From a virus: a DNA stretch of 24,320 nucleotides. The notes under the pieces are model-generated. The model saw only the letters and a list, made by a program, of their open reading frames with translations, ran no database searches and was not told the origin of the DNA. The position numbers and the translations under genes were made by a program. The stretch lies in the IMG/VR virus record IMGVR_UViG_3300021387_000761, positions 1 through 24,320 of that record, one strand, 5' to 3'. Below are positions 8,600-15,698 of this stretch, one piece after another (the first letter of the stretch is position 1; each line of letters begins with the position of its first letter).

Positions 8600-8614
8600 G
8601 AAGGGAGAAAATAT

Positions 8615-9598
8615 ATGGCAGTAATAAACGTGGATGATATCTACATCTTAGGCGAAACAGGCGAGCAGGTAGACAAAGTAACGGGCCTGTTCACGAAGGA
8701 CGAAGGCACGACCGAAGAAGAGAAGGCGTTCGCGCAACTGAACATCGGCGGAGGCGGCGGCGGGCGGAACCTGCTGGACAATCCATTCTTCCAAGTGAAC
8801 CAAAGGGGCTTTACATCGAACCCGGGGACAAACAACGTGCGGTGCGTCGACCGCTGGTTCATCAATAATGGCGGCGGCACAGGAGGCGCAACCACGCTGA
8901 ACAGTGACGGCACGATGACGATTACAAGCGGAACAGTCGCGCAGACTTTTCAGCAGTCAATAGAAATTGTACCGTCTGCGCTTCTGGGCAAAACGCTTTG
9001 CATGTCCATTATGATGAGCGACGGCACTATTTATTCAGCAAGCGGCGAAGTGACGGCGCAAACATCAACAACAAAAGAACTTTTCCGCGTGAACTTCCCC
9101 GAAGGCCGCGTTTTTGTTTATCTGCAACCCGCCGGCACAAATATCATAACCCCGCAGCTTCAAGTCTATACGGGGAAAAGCATCACAGTTCGGGCTATGA
9201 AACTTGAAGTCGGCAACGCGTCCACCCTTGCCAACGACGCCCCGCCCGACTACGGGCAGGAACTGGCAAAGTGCCAGCGCTACTTCTACAGGATGACAAG
9301 CATCGGCAGCGCATACCCGTTTGAAATGGGCTTCGCCACAAGCGCGACAAACTTCCGCGTTGTACTTCCAACACACTGCAGCATGCGCACACCCGTGCAA
9401 AGTGTGACGATGAACGGCGGGAACTTTTACGCATACGGAGGCGGCGTGGCGGCTGGCTTGACTTCGGTCAGTTACACTGGCTGGGTACCGAATGGCATCG
9501 TCGTGACCTTCACAACTTCAGGCCTAACGGCCGCGGCAATTTACGCCCTTATGTGCAACAACGCCTCGTCCTATATCGATATATCCTGCGACATCTAA
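8615..9598 (+). CDS. Tail fibre / receptor-binding protein
   Basis: 327 aa, the last structural gene. A short N-terminal anchor is followed by a G6 linker and then NLLDNPFFQVNQRGF...VDRWF, a pattern common in Firmicutes phage fibre proteins. GC content and codon use are lower than in neighbouring genes. Confidence 0.6.
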   Translation: MAVINVDDIYILGETGEQVDKVTGLFTKDEGTTEEEKAFAQLNIGGGGGGRNLLDNPFFQVNQRGFTSNPGTNNVRCVDRWFINNGGGTGGATTLNSDGTMTITSGTVAQTFQQSIEIVPSALLGKTLCMSIMMSDGTIYSASGEVTAQTSTTKELFRVNFPEGRVFVYLQPAGTNIITPQLQVYTGKSITVRAMKLEVGNASTLANDAPPDYGQELAKCQRYFYRMTSIGSAYPFEMGFATSATNFRVVLPTHCSMRTPVQSVTMNGGNFYAYGGGVAAGLTSVSYTGWVPNGIVVTFTTSGLTAAAIYALMCNNASSYIDISCDI

Positions 9599-9606
9599 CC
9601 ACCCAC

Positions 9607-9638
9607 GGGCGGCGGGTCGTGTAGCCGCCCTTATATTT
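9607..9638 (+). terminator. Probable intrinsic terminator after the tail fibre gene
   Basis: GGGCGGC (9607-9613) pairs with GCCGCCC (9624-9630) across a 10-nt loop, followed by an interrupted T tract TTATATTT. Confidence 0.55.
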
Positions 9639-9680
9639 GAACCTATCACCCTATCAGCCGAACGGCAGAAAGGAAAAACA

Positions 9681-9911
9681 ATGGCATACAACATCTTCGA
9701 AAAGACTTGGAACAACGAAGGCAAGGCAAGTTTCGCCGCCTACGAAAAGGAAGACGAGGACGAGGCCTTCGGCCTGTACCATCAGAAGTGCGCGACCAAT
9801 CGCAAAGACAAGAACTGCCCGCGCTACCTCGTGACCCTGTCCACGGATGAGGGCACGACGATGCAGAACGAGTACAGAGTGAAGCCCGTCGCGAAACCCG
9901 CAGAAGAATAA
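9681..9911 (+). CDS. Hypothetical protein (76 aa), orphan ORF between tail fibre and holin
   Basis: ATG is preceded by AAAGGA. No transmembrane segment and no motif I recognise. Confidence 0.5.
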   Translation: MAYNIFEKTWNNEGKASFAAYEKEDEDEAFGLYHQKCATNRKDKNCPRYLVTLSTDEGTTMQNEYRVKPVAKPAEE

Positions 9912-9930
9912 GACGCAGGAGGCGCAGCAA

Positions 9931-10419
9931 ATGAACGCAGACACAATTAACACGCTGCGGCTGAAGATCTGCACGATCGGAGGCGTCATCGGCAGCTTCT
10001 TCGTGCAAAACTTAGGCGGCTGGGATAAATGGCTGGAGACGCTGATCATCTTCATGATCGCGGACTACATCACCGGCTTGCTGCTGGCATCGGTATGGCA
10101 CCGGTCTCCGAAGTCAGAAGACGGCGCCCTGGACAGCCGTGCCGGGTACAAGGGCCTGATTAAGAAGTGCGGGATCCTGCTGGCGGTCCTGGTGGCCTAC
10201 CGGATCGATCTGCTGCTGGAAATGAACATGGCCAGGAACGCGACGGTGGTCGGCTTTATAATCAACGAGACGGTCAGCATCATGGAGAACCTGGGACTGA
10301 TGGGCGTCCCGTTCCCGGAGCCGATACAAGCCGGACTGGATCTGCTCAGCGGCAAATACAAGGACATGCGCGAGAAGATCCGCAGCAGCAAGGAGACGGA
10401 CGACGATGGCAACGTTTAG
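9931..10419 (+). CDS. Holin (phage holin family 4 / toxin-secretion holin type)
   Basis: 162 aa with several hydrophobic helices. The ETLIIFMIADYITGLLLA ... GYKGLIKKCGILLAVLVAYRID pattern is typical of family-4 holins. It has a charged C-terminal tail and overlaps the endolysin start. Confidence 0.8.
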   Translation: MNADTINTLRLKICTIGGVIGSFFVQNLGGWDKWLETLIIFMIADYITGLLLASVWHRSPKSEDGALDSRAGYKGLIKKCGILLAVLVAYRIDLLLEMNMARNATVVGFIINETVSIMENLGLMGVPFPEPIQAGLDLLSGKYKDMREKIRSSKETDDDGNV

Positions 10420-11146
10420 TCCGCAGCTGGTCATACCTGCCGCCGGAGATCCCTACTACAACACGATCAAGACCGGCGGCTATAACCCCTGCATCCTGGG
10501 CAACCCGCAGCGCAGGGAGAAGAACCTGAACGTGATGCCGAACTGCGTCGGGTATGCCACAGGCCGCTTTAACCAGATCTACCACGAGATCCTGGGCGGG
10601 CACGGCTGCCAGTACCTGGGCAACACGAACGCGGCCAACTTCATCGACCTGGCACGCCGGCAGGGCCTGCTTATAAGCCAAAAGCCCACCAAGGGCGGCT
10701 GCATGGTCTGGAAGGGCGGCAAGACCGGCGAGGGCCACGTGGCGATCGTAGAGCTCATGATGGGCAGCCGGATCATCACCAGCGAGTCCGAGTACTACGG
10801 GAAGGCCTTCACCATTTACCAGCGCTTCGGATCTAACTGGTCCGATGGCTGCTACTGGATGGGGAGCAGCTACAAGTTCCTGGGCTGTATCGTCAACCCA
10901 GCGATGCAAGACGAGAAGGAGGACAAGAAGGTGGCCTACGAAGAGTTCTGCGCGTTCATGGAGCGCTGGCTGGCAGATCTGGCGAAGCAATCGGCCGACG
11001 CCTGGGCACAGCCTGCCATCGACTACTGCCAGAAGACCGGCATGATGGTCGGCGACGACTCCGGCAACTTCCGCCCGCAGTCATTCATGCGGCGCGAGGA
11101 AGTCGCGGCCGTCCTGAAGGGCCTGATGACCGGCAAGGAAGACTGA
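10406..11146 (+). CDS. Endolysin: N-terminal CHAP/NlpC-P60-type amidase-peptidase plus one C-terminal SLH cell-wall-binding motif
   Basis: 246 aa. Catalytic Cys context MPNCVGYATGR and His context GEGHVAIVE. The C-terminus ADAWAQPAIDYCQKTGMMVGDDSGNFRPQSFMRREEVAAVLKGL fits the SLH consensus (W..aI......G...G...g.FrP....tReE.A..l). Confidence 0.8.
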   Translation: MATFSPQLVIPAAGDPYYNTIKTGGYNPCILGNPQRREKNLNVMPNCVGYATGRFNQIYHEILGGHGCQYLGNTNAANFIDLARRQGLLISQKPTKGGCMVWKGGKTGEGHVAIVELMMGSRIITSESEYYGKAFTIYQRFGSNWSDGCYWMGSSYKFLGCIVNPAMQDEKEDKKVAYEEFCAFMERWLADLAKQSADAWAQPAIDYCQKTGMMVGDDSGNFRPQSFMRREEVAAVLKGLMTGKED

Positions 11147-11160
11147 CAAAAACGAAGCAA

Positions 11161-11188
11161 CCCCGGGAGAATATCCCGGGGCTTTTTT
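11161..11188 (+). terminator. Rho-independent terminator ending the late (structural/lysis) operon
   Basis: CCCCGGGA-GAATA-TCCCGGGG perfect 8-bp stem followed by C plus T6. Confidence 0.85.
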
Positions 11189-11323
11189 CGTGCCGGAATT
11201 GGTCGAAAATCGGCCCGTGGTGCGTTTTTATTTTGCCCGTCGACTAATTATACCTTTGCAAAAGTTCGCCGCGTAAAACGCCTGTTTTTCAAAAAGATAA
11301 TTATGTTTACCATATCAAAAAAC

Positions 11324-11351
11324 TTGACACCACACAAAACAAGCGTATAAT
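11324..11351 (+). promoter_or_regulatory. Consensus sigma-A/sigma-70 type promoter (early promoter)
   Basis: TTGACA (11324-11329), 16-bp spacer, TATAAT (11346-11351). Both hexamers are perfect and an A-rich tract lies upstream. It sits in the only long AT-rich non-coding stretch, facing the early genes. Confidence 0.7.
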
Positions 11352-11356
11352 TTGAC

Positions 11357-11381
11357 GTGAGCAGAGGGGCTCACCTTTTTT
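11357..11381 (+). promoter_or_regulatory. 5'-proximal leader hairpin followed by a T6 tract
   Basis: GTGAGC (11357-11362) pairs with GCTCAC (11369-11374), loop AGAGGG, then C plus TTTTTT. It starts at the predicted transcription start. Confidence 0.4.
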
Positions 11382-11462
11382 ACATGTTCTACCTATTCCC
11401 AAAACTGTGAAGCGCGGAACTTGTAAAAAATGGATAACACGACAAACGCCAAAAGCGTGATA

Positions 11463-11494
11463 GCCTCTTTGCTGAAGCAAGGAGGCGTTTTTTT
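11463..11494 (+). terminator. Leader terminator-like hairpin that sequesters the SD of the first early gene
   Basis: GCCTCTTTGC-TGAA-GCAAGGAGGC forms a 10-bp stem with one G-U pair, followed by G plus T7 running into the ATG at 11495. The 3' arm contains AAGGAGG, the RBS of that gene. Confidence 0.65.
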
Positions 11495-11851
11495 ATGAAG
11501 ACAATCAGCAAGAAAAAGCTCCGCGTGGTAGAGAGCGAAGACGGTGCGATCTTCGAGGCCGGCTTCAACGCTGCGATGGATGAGATCTGCAGCAAAGGTA
11601 TTATGCCGGAGGTTACCTTCCCGGAGCGGGGAGGGAAGCACTGCGCTTATATCGCCTACACGGAGACCATCAAGATCGCGGAGACGATCGTGGAAGAGCA
11701 CGAGCTGCGCGGCGAGTTCGACCAGTGCAGAGACTGCCCGCTGTACCGTCCGCCAATGGACGGCCGGAAGAAGTGGGAGCGCTGCGGCTACGGCATCGCA
11801 ACCAGCGCAAGCTCGAAAGTGTGCGAGAAGTTTTACGAGGGAAGGAGGTAA
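11495..11851 (+). CDS. Hypothetical Cys-rich protein (118 aa), first early gene
   Basis: The SD lies within the leader hairpin. The C-terminal half has CRDC...C...C spacing suggestive of metal binding. Confidence 0.6.
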   Translation: MKTISKKKLRVVESEDGAIFEAGFNAAMDEICSKGIMPEVTFPERGGKHCAYIAYTETIKIAETIVEEHELRGEFDQCRDCPLYRPPMDGRKKWERCGYGIATSASSKVCEKFYEGRR

Positions 11852-11853
11852 CA

Positions 11854-12099
11854 ATGGGCAGCAAACACATCAGCAAGGACCTGAACGCGGAGATCGTCAG
11901 AAGATGCGGATCGCTGCGGAACCTGGCGGACAAGGTGGGGATAAACTACGACACCCTGTACGGGAAGTTCGCCGGCAGATCTGAGTGGAAGGTCTACGAG
12001 GCCGTGAAGGTTGCAAAGGTCCTCGGCCTTAACCTGACCGAGTTCGTGCGGCTAACGGAAGGAGACACCGATGGCGAACCGATACCGGAGACCTTATAA
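11854..12099 (+). CDS. Small XRE/Cro-type helix-turn-helix DNA-binding protein (81 aa)
   Basis: Start chosen at the ATG 6 nt after GAAGGAGG rather than the track start at 11725. GSLRNLADKVGINYDTLYGKFAGRSEWKVYEAVKVAKVLGLNLTEF fits the XRE-type HTH layout. Confidence 0.65.
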   Translation: MGSKHISKDLNAEIVRRCGSLRNLADKVGINYDTLYGKFAGRSEWKVYEAVKVAKVLGLNLTEFVRLTEGDTDGEPIPETL

Positions 12100-12301
12100 G
12101 CCAGAGCGCGGCGCAGTATACGAGAACCACGGCGGCGGAGTGTTCCGCTGCATGACGACGCCATCGAAGAACTGGTCCGGCTACTACGCGACGATGCAAA
12201 ACATCAAAAGCGGCTGGACGTTTCAGGCGATAGGGATCCACCGATACCAGGATGGGACCATCGACTGGGACTACAGCACAAACGGGATTTTTAGGAGGTA
12301 A
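12071..12301 (+). CDS. Hypothetical protein (76 aa)
   Basis: SD GGAAGGAG upstream. The start overlaps the preceding gene. Codon usage is like that of its neighbours. Confidence 0.55.
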   Translation: MANRYRRPYKPERGAVYENHGGGVFRCMTTPSKNWSGYYATMQNIKSGWTFQAIGIHRYQDGTIDWDYSTNGIFRR

Positions 12302-12303
12302 AC

Positions 12304-12432
12304 ATGAAGAAGTACAGATGGAATGCACGCAAATGCCTGGGTAACCTGGGCGTGCTGTTGACGCTTCTGGGCGTCAACGTGCTGATCTTCTGGATGCTGT
12401 GGACGTGGGTCATCCAGGGAGGTGCAGCATGA
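12304..12432 (+). CDS. Small single-pass membrane protein (42 aa)
   Basis: SD AGGAGG is 5 nt upstream. MKKYRWNARKCLGNLGVLLTLLGVNVLIFWMLWTWVIQGGAA has a basic N-terminus followed by a hydrophobic helix. ATGA overlap with the next gene. Below the ORF-track cutoff. Confidence 0.45.
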   Translation: MKKYRWNARKCLGNLGVLLTLLGVNVLIFWMLWTWVIQGGAA

Positions 12433-12767
12433 AGAAGGACATCATCAAGGTCCTGGTGAAGCAACCAGGGCGACCGCTGCAGCTGGGCATGATCATGAAC
12501 GAGCTGTCCGCCTTCCAGGAGGCCGTGGGCGGCTACATCGAGGCGGTCCCGCTTCGTCCGGATCTGGCCATGATCGTGAACGAGGAAGGCAAGCTGAACG
12601 GGATGCAGTACAACTTCCGGATCGACCTGGGCGGCTACTGGGACATGATCTTCGGCCCCTGCCTGATCGTAGGCGTGGACGGCGAGGACTTCACGGACTG
12701 CCCGCTCAGGCTGAAAGACCTGCAGGACTACTTCGACGGACTGAAGGAGGAAGGCTATGGGCAATAA
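12429..12767 (+). CDS. DUF3846-like protein (112 aa)
   Basis: Start at the ATGA overlap with GGGAGG upstream, whereas the track start at 12399 lacks an SD. The IKVLVKQPGRPLQLGMI...LSAFQEAVGGYIEAV...IVNEEGKLNGMQYN pattern matches DUF3846 proteins of phages and conjugative elements. Confidence 0.6.
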   Translation: MKKDIIKVLVKQPGRPLQLGMIMNELSAFQEAVGGYIEAVPLRPDLAMIVNEEGKLNGMQYNFRIDLGGYWDMIFGPCLIVGVDGEDFTDCPLRLKDLQDYFDGLKEEGYGQ

Positions 12768-13224
12768 AACAGACGCGACCATGACCGAGGTCGGCCCGTA
12801 CAAGCTGAAGTTGCAGCCACGGGAGTGCGAGATCTGCGGCGGGAAGTACATCCCGACCAGCAACCGTCAGAAATACTGCCCGGAGTGCAAGATCCTCGTT
12901 AAACGTGCCCTTGGAGACCCGGAAGAAGCGAAGAGGCGGGCACGCTACTACAATCACAGAACGCCAGGCGATGTGGTCGTCACGAAGCTGCCCGCAAACC
13001 CTGCATCAGGATCAGGTGGACGAGGCCTGCCGCTTCAGGAGCCAGAGACGCCAGAGAAGCAGATGCAGCAGCCAGAGAGCCCGGAAGACGGTGTCCGTCA
13101 GGTAATTGAAACACCAGAGGCCGGGGTCTGGTACGAAGCCAGGATCACGAAGGGGAAGCTCTTGATGCTGGAAGCGAAGATCCACCCGGACATGCTGGCC
13201 ATGATAATCAGGGAGGTGCGGTAA
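12757..13224 (+). CDS. Zn-ribbon protein (155 aa), function unknown
   Basis: CEICGGKY...QKYCPECK (CxxC-x15-CxxC) is followed by a Pro/Glu/Gln-rich linker. SD GAAGGAGG. Confidence 0.6.
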   Translation: MGNKTDATMTEVGPYKLKLQPRECEICGGKYIPTSNRQKYCPECKILVKRALGDPEEAKRRARYYNHRTPGDVVVTKLPANPASGSGGRGLPLQEPETPEKQMQQPESPEDGVRQVIETPEAGVWYEARITKGKLLMLEAKIHPDMLAMIIREVR

Positions 13225-13407
13225 ATGTTCAGGACATACAACCCGAACGCCATCAACCCGCCGGACGAGGAGCCCTGCCCGTATGAGTGCCCGATCTGCG
13301 GCACACCGCTGAACGAGGACGAAGAAGTCTACCTTTCGGCGGACAACGAGGTGATCGGCTGCGAGTTCTGCGTCACGACACGGCCGGCCGGTGAGGTCTG
13401 GAATTAG
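13225..13407 (+). CDS. Mini Zn-ribbon protein (60 aa)
   Basis: CPYECPICG ... GCEFC. SD GGGAGG upstream. Confidence 0.55.
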   Translation: MFRTYNPNAINPPDEEPCPYECPICGTPLNEDEEVYLSADNEVIGCEFCVTTRPAGEVWN

Positions 13408-13416
13408 GAGGAGCAC

Positions 13417-13731
13417 ATGGACAAAGAGAAACGAAAGAAGGACATCGCGTTTATGTCAATCGCGGCAGGAATGGCCGCAAAGTGCCGAAACATGGACGGC
13501 GTAGTCGGGCCCGGCTTCCGTCTGGACCAGCAGTTCCTGGCCGATCTGGTATACAAGCCAACCATGCTCATGATGCCATATGGCTTCCTGGAATACTTCG
13601 GAGACGACACCGACTTCGAGTACATCACCAGGACGGACGGCGAGGTCGAGATGGTCACAGAGGTCAACGGCGTCACCTTCTACGCAGTGATCGATGACGG
13701 AGACATGATCAAGGGAGGGCGCATCGTATGA
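13417..13731 (+). CDS. Hypothetical protein (104 aa)
   Basis: SD AGGAGGAG is 6 nt upstream. No motif I recognise. Confidence 0.55.
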   Translation: MDKEKRKKDIAFMSIAAGMAAKCRNMDGVVGPGFRLDQQFLADLVYKPTMLMMPYGFLEYFGDDTDFEYITRTDGEVEMVTEVNGVTFYAVIDDGDMIKGGRIV

Positions 13732-13949
13732 GAAGAGCGAGAAGCCCGAAGCGGATGATCCTGATCAAGCAGGACCTCATGCAGTGGCACCCCTACTGGA
13801 TGACCTGGAGCGGCGACCGGTCGACCTGGAAGCTGCTGCCGGGGTACACACCCTGCGGAGTCGGTCACGTGACCTTCCGCAAGCCAAGAGTCTCGTGCCT
13901 GTTCAGAGTCGAGACGGAAAACAAACACATGAAAAAGGCGGCCAAGTAA
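13728..13949 (+). CDS. Hypothetical Trp-rich basic protein (73 aa)
   Basis: ATGA overlap with the upstream gene and GGGAGGG SD. Coding status is less certain. Confidence 0.4.
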   Translation: MRRARSPKRMILIKQDLMQWHPYWMTWSGDRSTWKLLPGYTPCGVGHVTFRKPRVSCLFRVETENKHMKKAAK

Positions 13950-14033
13950 GCCGCCATGCTGCCGGGATCCTTCGGCCACGTTTACGAGACACGCCGGAGG
14001 TCCTGGCCCCAGTTTAACACGAAGGAGAGAAAA

Positions 14034-14534
14034 ATGCCAGACATTAGAAGCCTATACGAGAAGGACTTCCTGGGGCAGTGGGACGTTGCCGACCAGGAAA
14101 TGATCCTGACCATCGCCGGCGTCACGCAGGAAGAGGTCGCGGATCCGACGACCCACAAGAAGAAGAAGAAGAAGGTCTGCCTGACCTTTAAGGAGACCGA
14201 CAAAAAGATGGTGCTGAACGCGACCAACCGCGAGATCATCGCGAAGGAGCTGCTGAAGACCTACGACTACACCAAGTGGAACGGCCACCAGATCCAGCTG
14301 TATAAGGACCCGAAGGTCCGCTTCGGCCGGGACGAGGTCGGCGGGCTGCGCGTCCGCAAGTTCGTACCGAACGCCGGCGCCCCGATCTACTGCGAGGAGT
14401 GCGGTCAGCAGATCCAGAGCGCCAACGGCATGACGCCGCAACAGATCGCAGCATACACGAATAAGAACTACGGCCGGACACTGTGCCCGGACTGCGCGAA
14501 GAAGGTAAAGGAGGCCGCACATGCTGGAGCTTAA
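14034..14534 (+). CDS. Hypothetical protein (166 aa) with K6 tract and C-terminal Zn ribbon; first gene of the recombination module
   Basis: Start at the ATG 6 nt after GAAGGAGAG (track start 13956 has no SD). It has HKKKKKK, LVLNATN...W.G..IQLY...V.FG.DEVGGLRVR, and CEECG...CPDC. It lies directly upstream of the exonuclease and SSB. Confidence 0.6.
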   Translation: MPDIRSLYEKDFLGQWDVADQEMILTIAGVTQEEVADPTTHKKKKKKVCLTFKETDKKMVLNATNREIIAKELLKTYDYTKWNGHQIQLYKDPKVRFGRDEVGGLRVRKFVPNAGAPIYCEECGQQIQSANGMTPQQIAAYTNKNYGRTLCPDCAKKVKEAAHAGA

Positions 14535-15300
14535 TCAGAAGAACTACTACACCCAGGAAGCCAACCAGGCGTACTGGTCCGCGTCTCTGGTGAAGGAGTT
14601 CCAGAGCTGCGAGGCCAGGGCGCTGGCGACCCTGAACGGCGAGTACGTCCGGGAGAGCACGCAGGCCCTGCTGGTCGGCAGCTACGTTGACGCCTTCATC
14701 GAGGGCCCGGGTGCCTTCCAGAGGTTCTGCAGCGAGCACCCGGAGATCTTCAAGCGGGACGGCAGCCTGAAGGCCGAATACACCCGCGCCGATGCCATGC
14801 TGGCACGCATGAACGCCAGCCCGGTCTTCATGGAGTACCTGACCGGCGAGCGGCAGACCATCAAGACCGGCGAGATCTTCGGCCTGCCCTTCAAGGCCAA
14901 GTTCGACGTCTACGTGCCCGGCAAGCGGATCGTGGACCTGAAGACCGTCAAGGACCTGGAGCCCGTATACGTGCCCGGCGAAGGACGCCTGGCCTATTAC
15001 GATGCATGGAACTGGCCCCTGCAGCTGGCCATCTACCAGGCCATCGAAGGCCACGGCCTGCCCTGCTATCTGGCGGTCGTCACCAAGGAGGACCCGCCCA
15101 CGCTGGATCTGATCGAGATCCCGCAGTGGCGCCTGGATGCGGAGATGGAGTACCTGAAAAACCGCCTGCCCTATCTGGACGCGATCAAGCAGGGCATCAT
15201 CGAGCCGGAGCGCTGCGAGCGCTGCGCGTACTGCAGAGCCACGAAAGAGATCACCGAACCACGCACCCTGGAGCGCATGGACATGGAGGAGCAATTATGA
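14521..15300 (+). CDS. PD-(D/E)XK (Cas4/RecB-like) exonuclease
   Basis: 259 aa. FDVY...IVDLKT (D...DxK) and LQLAIYQ (QxxxY) motifs. One N-terminal Cys (FQSCEA) plus a C-terminal CERCAYC cluster, as in Fe-S Cas4-type nucleases. Confidence 0.75.
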   Translation: MLELNQKNYYTQEANQAYWSASLVKEFQSCEARALATLNGEYVRESTQALLVGSYVDAFIEGPGAFQRFCSEHPEIFKRDGSLKAEYTRADAMLARMNASPVFMEYLTGERQTIKTGEIFGLPFKAKFDVYVPGKRIVDLKTVKDLEPVYVPGEGRLAYYDAWNWPLQLAIYQAIEGHGLPCYLAVVTKEDPPTLDLIEIPQWRLDAEMEYLKNRLPYLDAIKQGIIEPERCERCAYCRATKEITEPRTLERMDMEEQL

Positions 15301-15698
15301 ACAAGATCATCATCACCGGACGCCTGGGCAAGAAGCCGGAGCTGAAGACAGGCGGGAACGGTAACGAATACACGACCATCTCGGTCGCAGTAGATCGCCG
15401 CAAGGAGAAGGACAAGGACCGCGTCACCGACTGGTTCTACTGCACGGCCTTCGGCAAGCTGGCGGTCTTCATCACCACCTACTTCAACCAGGGCGACGGC
15501 ATCGAGATCTCCGGCCGCATGGAGAACGACCGCTACAAAGACAGAGACGGCAACAACCGAGACAGCTGGAAGGTCATGATCGAGAACGCCGAGTTCGCCA
15601 AGGGAGGCAGCAAGTCCGGCAACAACGCCGCCGAGACGCCTGCAGCTGCACCCGAGGAAGGCTTCACGCCTCTGAATGAGGACGACGTACCCTTCTAA
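15297..15698 (+). CDS. ssb: Single-stranded DNA-binding protein
   Basis: Start at the ATGA overlap with GGAGGAG upstream (the track start 15006 is an Arg/Pro-rich artefact). OB-fold N-terminus MNKIIITGRLGKKPELK, Gly/Ala/Pro-rich linker and acidic tip EDDVPF. Confidence 0.9.
   Translation: MNKIIITGRLGKKPELKTGGNGNEYTTISVAVDRRKEKDKDRVTDWFYCTAFGKLAVFITTYFNQGDGIEISGRMENDRYKDRDGNNRDSWKVMIENAEFAKGGSKSGNNAAETPAAAPEEGFTPLNEDDVPF

Noticed and set aside
11196-11225. Weak resemblance of GGTCGAAAATCGGCCC to a tRNA T-arm, considered as a possible attP core or tRNA fragment
   Set aside because: No flanking stem complementarity and no acceptor or anticodon arms. The genome has no integrase that would use an attP.
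11384-11498. Mini-ORFs in the early leader (8 codons at 11384-11410; 22 codons at 11430-11498, ending in ATGA overlap with the first early gene). Also the 68-aa minus-strand ORF at 11389-11595.
   Set aside because: None is preceded by an SD-like sequence, and the minus-strand ORF reads antisense through the leader and gene start. A leader-peptide mechanism cannot be excluded but nothing supports it.
14157-14174. (AAG)6 trinucleotide repeat encoding a hexalysine tract
   Set aside because: Slippage by repeat units keeps the reading frame, so it is not an on/off switch. It is probably just a basic linker and is noted under the recombination-module finding.
15006-15296. Long N-terminal extensions suggested by the ORF track for SSB (15006) and for ORFs starting at 11725, 12399, 13956, 16776, 17069 and 17221
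   Set aside because: The extensions overlap the upstream gene in another frame, are Arg/Pro-rich and lack an SD. In each case an internal ATG with a GGAGG-type SD or an ATGA stop-start overlap gives a protein starting at the conserved N-terminus.
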